Positions 39,060 through 50,472 of a stretch of DNA of 64,000 bases are shown here, piece by piece; within the stretch, counting starts at the first letter, position 1; every line of letters begins with the position of its first letter. This DNA is from a virus (Duplodnaviria > Caudoviricetes). The stretch lies in IMG/VR virus record IMGVR_UViG_3300032038_000033, positions 40,461 through 104,460 of that record. One strand, 5' to 3'. Below the pieces are notes generated by a model. It saw only the letters and a program-made list of their open reading frames with translations. It ran no database searches and had not been told where the DNA came from. Position numbers and translations under genes: made by a program.

Positions 39060-40512
39060 TATTATAGTAAAAATAATAAAGGAGAATTAAGAATTATGAA
39101 AACTTATATACTTAAAGATAAAAAACAGCAACCTACATTTAAATATTTTGTACAGAAGGAAGGAAGTAATAATTATTATCTATTTAATGAGTTTGATAAG
39201 GCTTTTGATAAGATGAGAGAATTATATAATTCTTATCTTCTTGAACCTATATTTGTACCAATGAACAGAGAATGGAAAATGAGAAGAACTTTTATATGTA
39301 GAGAGTTTAAAACTGATTATTTAGGTGATAGTGGTGATATACTGTTACATACAAAATTTTATTGTGACGCTGGTGAATGTATAAATTATGTGTTATTTGA
39401 GAAAGGACTGAATTGATATGAGCGAATTTCAAAAAGAATATCAAAGACTATGCGAAATAGATAGAAAAATAACTGAAGAAATGGTCAGAGATGGTGAATT
39501 AACGGAAGAGGAAGGTTATATGCGAAATGATTTTCGTAGATTAGAAATTTTAATGGAGATGGATGACGATTATGAATAATATAAAACTGAGATTTGAAGA
39601 ATTAAGAAATGAAATAAAAGATTATTATGATGATTTATATGATATATACCATATGAGCATTATGCCAAATTCTAATTTGTTTAAAATTTATCATGAACAT
39701 TACGTTTTCGATGAAGATAAGTCTGTAAAGTGGAATAAGGAACAGGTAGAACTTAAAAATGAAGAATATAAGCAGGAAAAAGAACGTTTAATTAAACTTA
39801 GAGATAAAGAATGGAAAGAATTGAGTAGTAAGATAGCAAGAAGGTTATTAGAAGCTTCGCAGAATTGGTATCGTGATGAAATTAAGTTATCACTTAAACA
39901 GTTAAATTTAATTGTACTTTATGCTATGGAATATGCACCAAAAAATTATGAACCCACTAACATTATTGATTCAATTATGCTTAATTTGAATCTTGCTGTA
40001 GATTTAAATATTTAATTAATGAGTAGATAGGAGATAGATGATTTATGAGCTTTAAAGGGTATCTTGATTATACAAAATACTATAAGTCAAATACTAAACT
40101 AATTAAATTTAAAGTTGTAAATATTGGAGATGTTTTACAAAGAGAACTTACAACAGTCATTAAGTTATCTGATAATTATAATTACAATAAAAGAATGAGT
40201 GAACAACAAAGTAATGCTTTTTGTTTAAATTCCAGACATTATATCGTAGTACACCTAGAAAGTAATTGGGTCTTAGTTAAATCACTAAAAGATTTTTAAA
40301 TAAGATATGTAAAGGGTGTGATAAATAATGATAGAACTAATTCCAATTAAAGATAGAAAAGGTAAATGTTGTCTTTGTGGCTCTGAGTTTATAAAATATA
40401 GAATTATATATAGAACAACTACAAGAGATGTGTGTAATGTTTGTGCTTTGGTCCATTTATATATAAGTGAAGACATAAAAACTGTAAGTGAATTGAATGA
40501 AAAACATCAAAG

Positions 40513-40566
40513 TTAATATTAAGTTTACAAATTTAATAAGATTTTGCAACATTTATTTGTTATAAT
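40513..40566 (+). promoter_or_regulatory. direct-repeat/N31 promoter
   Basis: TTAATA-N5-TTTACA, 31 bp, TATAAT. Confidence 0.75.
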
Positions 40567-40921
40567 AATATACTAATATAAAACATTTTGTAATTATGTA
40601 GAAATAGATTGCTAAGAGGTGTAAAATTTATGGATGTAAGATGTTTCAAAGACTTTAAAAATGTAATCTTATCAAATATTCCAGAAGGAAAGAAAGATAA
40701 AATATATTTTTCATCTTCTAAATCTTTATGGATATGTTCTTATCAACCCAATTATCCTAATTATTGTAAGAAAGATTGGGTAGCATTTTGTAATTTTATT
40801 AAGGATAAATTTTATGTAAATTATGTTATTTCCGGTAAGGCAAAAACTAAGCATTATAAAAATATAAATGAGTTTATTACAGACATTAAGAATTGGACAG
40901 TTATTGAATAAGGAGAAAAAT

Positions 40922-41371
40922 ATGATAATTATAAATGATACTGATTATATTTATGAAGAAGCTAATCGAATTAAAGACGGTAAAGAACCTTTAGATAGAA
41001 ATAGACTTCATCAATATTTACTTGATGAAAGTAAGTCAGATAAGAGAGCTGCTAAGAGTTATCTAAAAGTTCTTATGTTACATTTACTTAAATGTATTTA
41101 TCAGTCTGAGAAAACTTCAAGAAGTTGGCATCAATCTATTGTAAATTCTTATAATGATTTTTATGATTGTGCGGAAGATAGTGAGTTAGTTTTGTCTTAT
41201 ATTAAAGATAATTTTAATGTAATTTATAATCAGGCAAGAACTAATGCTTATTATGAAACTGGCTTACCCTTAAATACTTTTCCTAAAGACAATATATTTA
41301 ATTTAACTGATTTGTTAAATGAAGATTGGATTTTGGAATTTCTTGAAGAACACCCAGTAGCTAAATGGTAA
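40922..41371 (+). CDS. DUF29 family protein
   Basis: LD..RL...SKSDKRA..YLKVLMLHLLKCIYQ..SRSW..SI...ETGLP..FP pattern. Confidence 0.8.
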   Translation: MIIINDTDYIYEEANRIKDGKEPLDRNRLHQYLLDESKSDKRAAKSYLKVLMLHLLKCIYQSEKTSRSWHQSIVNSYNDFYDCAEDSELVLSYIKDNFNVIYNQARTNAYYETGLPLNTFPKDNIFNLTDLLNEDWILEFLEEHPVAKW

Positions 41372-41421
41372 TGTTAATTTGTTTTTATGAATCAGCTTAG
41401 AGAATATTAAGGAGAATAATT

Positions 41422-42015
41422 ATGATAAGGAATCATATAAAAGAGTGGGTGGGCGACTTAGGTAAGATAGAATTAACAGAAGAAAGAATAGAAAAGATTA
41501 AGTCAGCTTGTCATTTAAACGAAGTTGACCTTAATCTTATTTACATATTTCCGATTATGCTTTGCCATAATGATATTGATGTGGATTATGAAGCCTTTAC
41601 AGATAATGCTCTGGAACAGCTTAGTGACTTATATGTAGGCAGACATGGATTTGTTGATAATTTTAATTTCGATAATGCAAGAATTTTTGATACTAAGATT
41701 GTACAGCCTAATAAAAATCATTTCTTTAAGTATGTTCTTGCAGAAGTTGTTTTGTTTAAAAATGAACATACAGAGAAAGTTATTAACTACATAGAAAATA
41801 CTCCACTTATTGAAATCTCTATTGCTTGTTCTGTAAAAGATAGAAGATGTAGCATTTGTGGAAAACAAATCTACGAGTGCAAACATTTAAAAGGTAGTTA
41901 CTATGATACAAAGTTAGGTGATGATGAATTATGTTTCGCAGAACTGGATAATGTTACAGATGTTTACGAATGGGCATTTGTAGAGCCTTGTGATAATGAT
42001 ACAGAAGAGAGTTGA
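41422..42015 (+). CDS. prohead-protease-like protein with catalytic His/Ser substituted
   Basis: LCHNDIDVD..AFT..AL, ARIFDT, EISIAC, CSICG, CKHLKG, DVYEWAFV; the family normally has DH and EWSFV. Confidence 0.65.
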   Translation: MIRNHIKEWVGDLGKIELTEERIEKIKSACHLNEVDLNLIYIFPIMLCHNDIDVDYEAFTDNALEQLSDLYVGRHGFVDNFNFDNARIFDTKIVQPNKNHFFKYVLAEVVLFKNEHTEKVINYIENTPLIEISIACSVKDRRCSICGKQIYECKHLKGSYYDTKLGDDELCFAELDNVTDVYEWAFVEPCDNDTEES

Positions 42016-42022
42016 TACATAA

Positions 42023-43093
42023 ATGAGTTTTAATTTAGACGGGGATAATAAATTTTCTATTGTTGGTACAATGCTTCATAATAATGGTAATAGATTATCC
42101 AGTTGTGAAATTCAAAAAAGAAAGTTTTTGTATCTTGAAGGTCTGATTAGATTTCTTGAACTTTATGCTAATAATGAAATTAGTAGTGAAATAGAAGTTG
42201 ATATTGAAAAAGTTGCTTTATGGATAAACAGTCCGTTCTTTGAGAATGTCGATATTTATAAGATAAAAAGTATAAGTTCTGTTTACAAAATGATTTCTAA
42301 TGACCTCATTAAAAACAATATTCCGCTATATAGATTTTTAAGGCTTGACTTATACAAACTTAGAATATTTGAGCAGGAGCATTATGAAAGTCTTGTAAAA
42401 GATTTTAAGGCTCATTGTGAGAAATATCCTTGTTTAAAATGTGTTTGGTACGAGGTAGCTGAAACTGATTTTGGAAGACTTAGTAATTGTAAATGTCCTA
42501 AAGATGATTTAAGTGGGAAAATATCTTGGCATAGACAAGGTTATCACGATATAACACTTAAAAAGAATCGAACCTGTAAATACATTACTACAATAGATAA
42601 TATGGATGAGTTTATATATAAATATGTAGTAAATAATGATAAAATTTTAAATTGTGGTTCTCACGGCAAGAAAGAGATTTCTAAAAATGCTGAAAAGTTG
42701 GCAAAAATATGGAAAGAGAACTTAGATAATCTTGATAATTCTTATATTCCAGTAACAATTCCAGATTCTTTAAAAGTAGATTTAACTTCAAAACCCGATG
42801 CCTTTGAAGAATTAGGTAGAGCCTTCCGTAACAAACGAAGCATAAAAGAAATGCAGAATAATTTAAGATTTGCTATGTTCTTAGAAGCTATGATTAAGTT
42901 TGTAGAGGTTTATGCACAAATAGAAATTGGTAATGATTATTATGCTGACATATCAAAAATCGCCAAATATGTAAATGATAATTCTTTTGAGTTTGAGTTT
43001 ACTAATAGGGAACAAGTTTATAAAAATCTCGAAGAACTTGCTATAAATTATCCTAATAAGATAAGAACATTTATAAAGAGAAAACCGAATTAG
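42023..43093 (+). CDS. hypothetical Cys-containing protein with internal repeat
   Basis: YLEGLIRFLELYA and FLEAMIKFVEVYA repeated helices; CLKC. Confidence 0.6.
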   Translation: MSFNLDGDNKFSIVGTMLHNNGNRLSSCEIQKRKFLYLEGLIRFLELYANNEISSEIEVDIEKVALWINSPFFENVDIYKIKSISSVYKMISNDLIKNNIPLYRFLRLDLYKLRIFEQEHYESLVKDFKAHCEKYPCLKCVWYEVAETDFGRLSNCKCPKDDLSGKISWHRQGYHDITLKKNRTCKYITTIDNMDEFIYKYVVNNDKILNCGSHGKKEISKNAEKLAKIWKENLDNLDNSYIPVTIPDSLKVDLTSKPDAFEELGRAFRNKRSIKEMQNNLRFAMFLEAMIKFVEVYAQIEIGNDYYADISKIAKYVNDNSFEFEFTNREQVYKNLEELAINYPNKIRTFIKRKPN

Positions 43094-43220
43094 ATTTAGA
43101 CAAAAAAGTTATTGAATTTATAATACAAAAAAAAACAACCACTTTCCGCCACACACAAACTAATATTGTAGATAATTATTCTATGTTATTAGTTTATGAT
43201 AAAGAAAGGATTTTAATATT

Positions 43221-43640
43221 ATGGTAAAGAAACTTAAATTAAGAGAAAGTGTTGGTTATATTGAAAGTAGAGATGACTTACTTAAAATTGAAGTAACGCC
43301 TAAATTAAGTGCGTTAAAAATGTTTGTTGAAACTTTATTTGAATATGTGATAGATAGTTATGATGATTTCAGAAATCTGCAAGTTACAAGAGTTTTAACA
43401 AACAATCAGTATTCACCTACCGTATATGTGTATTTAAATTGTAAAACTGTATATACTAATAAAACTAAAAATGTAAAATTGTTCTGTAATTTAATTATAG
43501 GTGATGAATTAATGTTACGCATAGCAAGCTATGATGACGATATTGATATAACGATAACTATTGAATATGATGGCGATATTATTTATCCAGATAAACCAGT
43601 TTATGAATTACTAAAAACAATATTTAAGTCTTATATATAA
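43221..43640 (+). CDS. putative internal head protein (MVKKLKLRE|S)
   Basis: L-x-E motif; A-tract plus ACTAATA at 43159. Confidence 0.55.
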   Translation: MVKKLKLRESVGYIESRDDLLKIEVTPKLSALKMFVETLFEYVIDSYDDFRNLQVTRVLTNNQYSPTVYVYLNCKTVYTNKTKNVKLFCNLIIGDELMLRIASYDDDIDITITIEYDGDIIYPDKPVYELLKTIFKSYI

Positions 43641-43769
43641 ACTTATAAAATTTATAACACAAAAAAAAACAAACAATATTGAAATAAAACAACTAATATT
43701 AAAGAACACATATCGTTCTTGATTATTAGTTGTTTTTATTTTTTTTATTAGAAAGGATTTGTTTTTATT

Positions 43770-44023
43770 ATGGTTAGAAAGTATAACAAAAATAGGAATT
43801 TAAGAGAGTCATATTATGGTAAAAGTATAACTATCGGTGATGTATTAGATTGTTTAATTGATATTTAATTGATAGTTGTGTTATTGCAATTTATGATTCT
43901 ATGGGAGAAAGAGAAATATTTAGAGGTTGGTCTGATGACGTTGATGACGATTTGGCAAACACTGAAATAGATACTATTAACGTTGTTGATAAACGTTCTC
44001 CTATACTCACTTTTAATATTTAA
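43770..44023 (+). pseudogene. frameshifted putative internal head protein (NLRE|S)
   Basis: Tandem 11-bp duplication TTTAATTGATA (43853-43874); removing one copy restores an 80-aa ORF similar to 31434. Confidence 0.7.
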
Positions 44024-44095
44024 TTTTTTAATTACTTGATTTAAAAAAAATTACAGACTACTAAATGGTCTGTAATTTTTTTTTTGCCTATAACA

Positions 44096-44149
44096 TTTAT
44101 ACTTTGTTTACAAATAAAATAAGTAGTATTAATATTTATATGTTATACT
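44096..44149 (+). promoter_or_regulatory. direct-repeat/N31 promoter
   Basis: TTTATA-N5-TTTACA, 31 bp, TATACT. Confidence 0.75.
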
Positions 44150-44191
44150 ATAAGTACAGTAAAAAAACCAAGTGTAACGGAGGTAAGAATT

Positions 44192-45624
44192 ATGGCAAAG
44201 AATTATGATGCATTTTATGGTATTGCAAATCTTGTTCAGGCAGTTAATGAATTAAATAGACTAAAGAAAAGAGTGAAAAAACTTGAAGAAGAGAATAAAA
44301 AATTAAGAAAACATATTAAAGAGACTAAGATATATATTGTTACTGGTGGTTGTGTTACAGATTATCATAATGTTGCCGCATTTACTAATAAGAAATTAGC
44401 AGAAACTTTTGCCATAGACTATAAGAAGAAAAATCCTTGTGAAGATGTTGATGTGGAAGAATATGTTTGGAAAGAAAATGCCTATAAAAAAGAAATTGAT
44501 ACAGGAGTGATTTAAAATGACAAAGATTACAAAAGAAATGGTAAATAAACTTAATGACGAACTTAATAATTTAGGTGTAGGCTTTATATATGAGTTGTAT
44601 GATGAAGATACGATATTTCCGTATATAAAAATTACAGTTAAAGATAAACCAAAGTGGATAAATGTTTGTGATGTTTATTGTACTGATGAATACTTTAAAT
44701 GGCTTGAAAATTGGTTCACTACTAATTATAATATTACTCTTGTGTATAATAATACTGGAATGATAATATGGTCTAACAATTATGTTTGATAATAAAGTTG
44801 CGTATATGTTGGTCTGTAAGTGACTAAGGGGAGTTGATAGAAAATGAATAAAAGCAGATTTGATGATTGTGTCTTTTGTGCTTACAATCATAAATGTGGA
44901 ATTTTAGAGAAAACAACTTGTACTGAAAATAAGAAATCTGAATGTACTTTTTATAAAACAGAAGTAGAATTTATTGAAGGTAGAAATAAAGCCAACAGAC
45001 TTTTAACTGCTAAAGGAAAGAAAGTTGCAATAATAGATAACGTAGTAACTACTGTTCCACTTGATGAATTTTAAAGGTAAGGAGTAATTTTTATGAGTAT
45101 AGAACTTTGCCCCATATGTGGTTATAGTATCACATCTAACGAAAATGCTTTAGGATGTCAGTGTATGTTTGAGGGTTCTTGTCACTCACATAGGGATAAA
45201 ATGCAAGAAGTAGTGTTTAGTCATTTGTATCTTCTTTCTCCAAAACAACTTGAACATATTGTAAAGTTACAGGAAAAACAGCAGATAAGTTATACGGATA
45301 AGGAAAGGCAAAGTTGTTTAAATATCTTAATAAAGAACGGAGAAATTAAAAATGTCTAATAAAAAATTGTACATAACAACAGCACGAATATTAAATGGTG
45401 GTTATGATAATATGCTTGAATATAATACTATCATAAGAAATTCCTCTATGAGAAATATGATATTAAATAAGGATGAAAATGGAAACTGGTTTATATGTTT
45501 GGCTTCAATTGAGAACCTATTTAAATTTTCTGAGATTATAGGTATGTCTTTAGTTATTTGTCCTAAATTCAAGAACGATAAAGATTATGTAATTGTAAAA
45601 GACGATTTTGCTGATTATATTTAA
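44192..45624 (+). other. operon of small hypothetical ORFs (44192, 44517, 44844, 45093, 45352)
   Basis: Abutting ORFs with RBS; two are Cys-rich. Confidence 0.6.
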
Positions 45625-45936
45625 AATTAAATTTAAAGTAAAGATAATTATGGCACAACCAATGTCTGATTGATATAAAGAAAAAGGTATATGGAGATAT
45701 GTGATGTTAGTACAAATAAAGTAAAGGAGATGGCATTATGAAAAAGATGAATAAGAAAGAAAAACAGGATAGAAAACCTTTAATGCCTTCTCCGAAAGTT
45801 TATAGAAACAAAAAGAAATTTAGTAAGAAATTTGCTTGTAGAAAGAAAGGAGAAAAATTGTAATTTTATTGTTACAATCAATCATATCATCACACTACTA
45901 ATAATAAATAAAAAAAATAGAAAGGATTTGATTATA

Positions 45937-46299
45937 ATGATAATCATTAAAGAAGCCGTTGAAAATGATATTAATTATTATATAAAAGAACTTGAAAATA
46001 TATTTTATACTTGGGAGATAAATAATTTCTATTATAAAACTCCGGGTAATTTATATTTTGAAGCTGGTTATTATGTAGGTGATGATATTGGTTCTATAAC
46101 GATTAGATACAGTAATAAAATCATTACTTGTGAATTTAGTGATAAGACATTTGATATAAATGAAAATAGTTATAATAAAATGCTTACTGCTCTTAACAAT
46201 ATACATAAGTATTCTATTGACTATATAAAAGAATGTTTAGACACTGTTCTTGATATATGTAGAAATATGGGTGAAGCTGAAATTAATTTCTTAGCCTAA
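45937..46299 (+). CDS. putative internal head protein (MIIIKE|A)
   Basis: ACTAATA at 45897, AGAAAGGA RBS; paralog of 10689. Confidence 0.55.
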   Translation: MIIIKEAVENDINYYIKELENIFYTWEINNFYYKTPGNLYFEAGYYVGDDIGSITIRYSNKIITCEFSDKTFDINENSYNKMLTALNNIHKYSIDYIKECLDTVLDICRNMGEAEINFLA

Positions 46300-46463
46300 T
46301 ATTCTATGATATGTAAATATTTTTTAAAAAAGTGGCTCTATTGATTAGGGCTACTTTTTATGTTTATCTTTAAATTTAACAATTTGTTTATATAAAAACA
46401 ATACTTTTTTAACTTATTTAGTATATAATTACTATATAATAATTTATAGGAGTTGATACTTTT

Positions 46464-46904
46464 ATGATAGCTAAAATTAAGAAACTTAAACCTAATGCTA
46501 TAATACCTACTAAGGGTTCTAAGTATGCTGCTGGATATGATTTATATGCTTGTCTTGATGAAGATTCCATAGCAATCAATACTCACGAAACTAAAATGAT
46601 AGGTACTGGTATAGCAATAACTCCACCTAAAGGATATTTTGGTGCTATATTTGCTCGAAGTGGCTTATCAATTAAGCAAGGACTTAGACCCCAGAACTGT
46701 GTAGGAGTTTGTGATGAGGACTATACGGGTGAATATATTGTAGCATTACACAATGACTATGATAATAAAAGAGCTATTATACATAATGGGGATAGAATAG
46801 CTCAATTAGTATTTTTACCTTATGTCGATATTACCTTTAATGAAGTTAATGAATTAGAAGAAACGGAAAGAGCTGACGGTGGTTTTGGTTCAACTGGTAA
46901 ATAA
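46464..46904 (+). CDS. dut: trimeric dUTPase
   Basis: AGYDL, RSGL, GVCDEDYTGE, RIAQL, RADGGFGSTG. Confidence 0.97.
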   Translation: MIAKIKKLKPNAIIPTKGSKYAAGYDLYACLDEDSIAINTHETKMIGTGIAITPPKGYFGAIFARSGLSIKQGLRPQNCVGVCDEDYTGEYIVALHNDYDNKRAIIHNGDRIAQLVFLPYVDITFNEVNELEETERADGGFGSTGK

Positions 46905-47016
46905 ATCTAATTTATTTTATGTTTGTGTTCTAAGTAAAGAAAAGCACTGATTTCTTTACTTAGAATTTATAAACTTACTATAAGTAAAGTAAACTTTAAT
47001 TAGAAGGTGAGTAAGA

Positions 47017-47406
47017 TTGAGTTTAGATGATAAGCCTGAGCGTATTATGATTTCTGTATATCCTGAATATGCTGACAAACTTATAAAGGGTACTAAAATA
47101 TACGAGTTTAGAAAAACTGCACCTAAAAGAATTGTTCATAAGATTGTTCTTTATGAAACAAAACCTATAGGACTTGTAACTGCGGAAGCAGAAGTAACTG
47201 GACTTTGTGTAGGAACACCTGAAATGATTTGGGAACATTGTAAAAACGGTGCAGGAATGACTAAAGATGAATTTTTTGAATACTATGGAGATGCTAAAGA
47301 AGCCGTAGCTTATAGAATTGGTAGATTAGAACTATTCAATGAACCCTTAACTTTACAAGATTATAATTTAAAATGTCCACCACAAAATTTTGTTTATTTG
47401 GACTGA
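47017..47406 (+). CDS. ASCH domain protein
   Basis: ISVYPEYADKLIKGTKIYEFRK...YETKP...PPQNFVY. Confidence 0.85.
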   Translation: MSLDDKPERIMISVYPEYADKLIKGTKIYEFRKTAPKRIVHKIVLYETKPIGLVTAEAEVTGLCVGTPEMIWEHCKNGAGMTKDEFFEYYGDAKEAVAYRIGRLELFNEPLTLQDYNLKCPPQNFVYLD

Positions 47407-48148
47407 TGACTATGAAAGTGTATAAAATTTCAAATAGAATAAGTTACAATAAAACTAATTATAACAAAAACAGAAATAAAAAAGAAAATAGTTTTGATAA
47501 CGATTTTGAAATTATGTTAGACCAAGAGTATGAAAAATTAGGTGAAAATGATGACAGTATTAGACGAAGCAATAGACCGACTTACAAATGTACTACAAAA
47601 CAAACATCTAAGTGAAAAAACAAGACAGGATATTGTTGAAACTATAAAATGGCTTATAGAATTTAAAGAAAAATGTGAAAGGAAGTAGTGTTTATGTATT
47701 TTAAATGTTCAAAAACTTTTATTATCCCTATGATTGATAATAATGGTAATAGGTATGGTAAGGATATTAAAGTTAAAAGAGGTAGTATATTTAAAAGTGA
47801 AACTCCTATAAGTGAAATTAGAGATACCGATAAATCTGTTAGACTTAGAGGTGTGAATAGTTTACTTACATTTGATATTGTTAAGAAAGATTTTGTAAGT
47901 GTATTTAAGCCTTATTGTCCATCTGAAATTGCCGATAAAATTGTAGAGATACTTAATACACAGGAAGGATTTATTAATCTCACTCGTAAAGAAGAAAATG
48001 GTGAGGTAGTTTATTATAGAGATAATGGCAGAAAATTTAATCTTTGTAATATTCCCGAAAAATATAAGAAGTTAGTTGAAAAATATGATTTCAATAATTA
48101 TGAATATCCAGATGTAGCTGATTATCTTATTTAAAAGAAGGAATATAA

Positions 48149-48487
48149 ATGATACGAAGAAAGACCTCAGAGAAACCTTTAAAAGAAGAAAGAGAATTGC
48201 ACATTAACATTTATATGGACGATAATGATGTTTGGATAGCCGAACTCTATACTAACATTCACAAATATCATACTCGTTGTATAAAACAAGGTTGGGAACA
48301 GATTAGTGAAACAACTCATGTAGACGGTAGTTGGGTAGACGGTACTTATCGTGCGCCTGCAAAAGCTATTAGTATAGGCAAAGCAGTTAAGCCTAAGAGA
48401 ATTATGAGTGAAGAACAAAAGAAAGCTGCTGCTGAACGTATGCAAAAGTGGCGTGAAGCTAAGAGTAAGGAGATTAATAATGAGTAG
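48149..48487 (+). CDS. hypothetical protein
   Basis: ERELHIN...KPKRIMSEEQKKAAAERM pattern. Confidence 0.6.
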   Translation: MIRRKTSEKPLKEERELHINIYMDDNDVWIAELYTNIHKYHTRCIKQGWEQISETTHVDGSWVDGTYRAPAKAISIGKAVKPKRIMSEEQKKAAAERMQKWREAKSKEINNE

Positions 48488-48690
48488 GTTATTTAATGAA
48501 GATGAACACATTTCTGATGTAGTTGAAGAAGATAATATTCTTAATCCTATTGTTTATGATTTATTTAAACTTATACTAAAAGAAAAGTGTAATCATATTA
48601 ATTTTAGTCAAAGTTCTATTGATGAAATTATTAGGGATGCTATTCATTGTGAAGAACTTTTAGCGAAATACAATATTGTGAAAGGAAATA

Positions 48691-49152
48691 ATGAAAATGA
48701 TAGCTGATACTATTTTGGGTAGAATAACTGTAATTATGAATGTAGAAGATTTTTCTGATTCTGACAAAATTGCTCGTATAAAAGAAGAACTGAATTATTT
48801 AAAAGAAGTTATGGACGAAAACTATGAAAAGGATTGGTCTAAGTTTACTAAAGAAGATGTTGATGATTTAGGTTTTATGCTTTGGACAGACGACCAGTCT
48901 ATTACAGAAGAAATTGAAAGAATTAATAATGATAAAGATTATAGTGCAGAAGAAAAAGAAGAATTAATAGCGAAAACAAATAACACTAAAGGTCTTTATC
49001 TTATTCCACAGTATCTTATTAACTGTATTCCAACTGGTACTAAATTATACACTATTTTCGGTAATGAAGTCATTTATGACGGCAATAATATTGATGATGA
49101 TGCTCGATTTGGAGCATTAGCTTATGGCATACATATAAAGGAGGATAATTAA
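48691..49152 (+). CDS. hypothetical protein
   Basis: LGF..W..LYLIP...IDDDARFGALAYG. Confidence 0.6.
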   Translation: MKMIADTILGRITVIMNVEDFSDSDKIARIKEELNYLKEVMDENYEKDWSKFTKEDVDDLGFMLWTDDQSITEEIERINNDKDYSAEEKEELIAKTNNTKGLYLIPQYLINCIPTGTKLYTIFGNEVIYDGNNIDDDARFGALAYGIHIKEDN

Positions 49153-49154
49153 TT

Positions 49155-49535
49155 ATGAAAGTATTTATTTCACAGCCTATGAAGGACAAGACAGATGAAC
49201 AGATTAAAGCAGAGAGAACAAGAGCTATTGAAAAGATTAAAGAATTTCTTAAAGATGAGGAAGATAAGAATATAGAAATTCTTGATAGCTTTTTTGAAGG
49301 TGCTCCACACGATGCCAAGCCTTTGTGGTTTTTAGGTAAGTCTTTTGAAATTCTTTCACAGGCCGATGTAGCCTATTTTGTTTCAGGTTGGGATAATTAC
49401 AGAGGTTGTAAACTTGAATATGAAGCAGCTTCTGAATACGGTATTACTACTATCATAGAAACTTATTCCAATAACGATATTATTTATACTAAGGAAAGAA
49501 CCATTACTGATTACAATGATTTAACTAAAGGATAA
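49155..49535 (+). CDS. DUF4406 / nucleoside deoxyribosyltransferase-like protein
   Basis: VFISQPM, ADVAYF.GW...RGCKLE. Confidence 0.75.
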   Translation: MKVFISQPMKDKTDEQIKAERTRAIEKIKEFLKDEEDKNIEILDSFFEGAPHDAKPLWFLGKSFEILSQADVAYFVSGWDNYRGCKLEYEAASEYGITTIIETYSNNDIIYTKERTITDYNDLTKG

Positions 49536-49541
49536 GTTAAA

Positions 49542-50429
49542 ATGAAAGAAGTAGTTGATTTTAAAGGAATTAAGTACAATAGTATAAATCAAATGTGTAA
49601 GGCATATAATATTGACCCTTGTACTTTTAATGAAAGACTTAGAAGAGGTTATAATTTAGAAAAAGCTTTAACTTTTCCTATCACATCACCTTCAAAATCT
49701 ATTGTAGACTTTGAAGGTAATAGGTTTGATAGCATTACTAATATGTGTAAGTATTACAATATAAGTGTAGTTACTTATAGAGCGAGATTACGCAGTGGTT
49801 GGGATTTAAAGAAAATTTTAACCACTCCTATTGGATATAATTATATTACTGCTACAGATTTTAATGGTAATAAGTATAGGAGCGTTGCTTATATGTGTAG
49901 TCATTTTGGTATTCCAAGAAAGAGTTATATTTATAGAATTAATAATGGTTGGTCACAAAAAGAAGCTTTAACTATTCCAGTTGGATGTAAGCCACCTATA
50001 AATGAAAGACTAAGTAATGTAGTCAAGCAAACATATAATGTTAATTCTGAAGAATTTCAAGAACGTAAGTATTTATCAGTTGTTATATTAAATCCACAAA
50101 CACAGGAAAAGATACAGGTTATTACCGACTATAAAGGGAATGTATTTTCTTCTAAATCTAAATTACTTAAACATTATGATGTTTATGATAAATGGTTTGA
50201 TAATAAATTAGTCAAGGAAGGTCTTAAAGCTGCCTTAACAAGAAAACAAATTAAAGACCATTTAGGTAATGTTTATAGTTCTAAGACAGCTATGTATAAA
50301 GCATATGGACTTAAAAAGCAAACTGCTGAATTTCGTTTAGAAAGAGGTTGGACTTTAGAACAAACTCTAACAACACCAGTAAATCAAAAACCTAAAAGAG
50401 TACCTAATTATGTGACAATAGTTAAGTAA
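49542..50429 (+). CDS. tandem-repeat putative DNA-binding protein
   Basis: About 5 repeats D(F/H/Y)xGxxYxSxxxMCxxYxI...RL..GW.L..ALT.P; no nuclease motif seen. Confidence 0.65.
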   Translation: MKEVVDFKGIKYNSINQMCKAYNIDPCTFNERLRRGYNLEKALTFPITSPSKSIVDFEGNRFDSITNMCKYYNISVVTYRARLRSGWDLKKILTTPIGYNYITATDFNGNKYRSVAYMCSHFGIPRKSYIYRINNGWSQKEALTIPVGCKPPINERLSNVVKQTYNVNSEEFQERKYLSVVILNPQTQEKIQVITDYKGNVFSSKSKLLKHYDVYDKWFDNKLVKEGLKAALTRKQIKDHLGNVYSSKTAMYKAYGLKKQTAEFRLERGWTLEQTLTTPVNQKPKRVPNYVTIVK

Positions 50430-50472
50430 GAAAAAAGGAGATTAGTTTTATTTTAACTAATCTCCTCTATTA

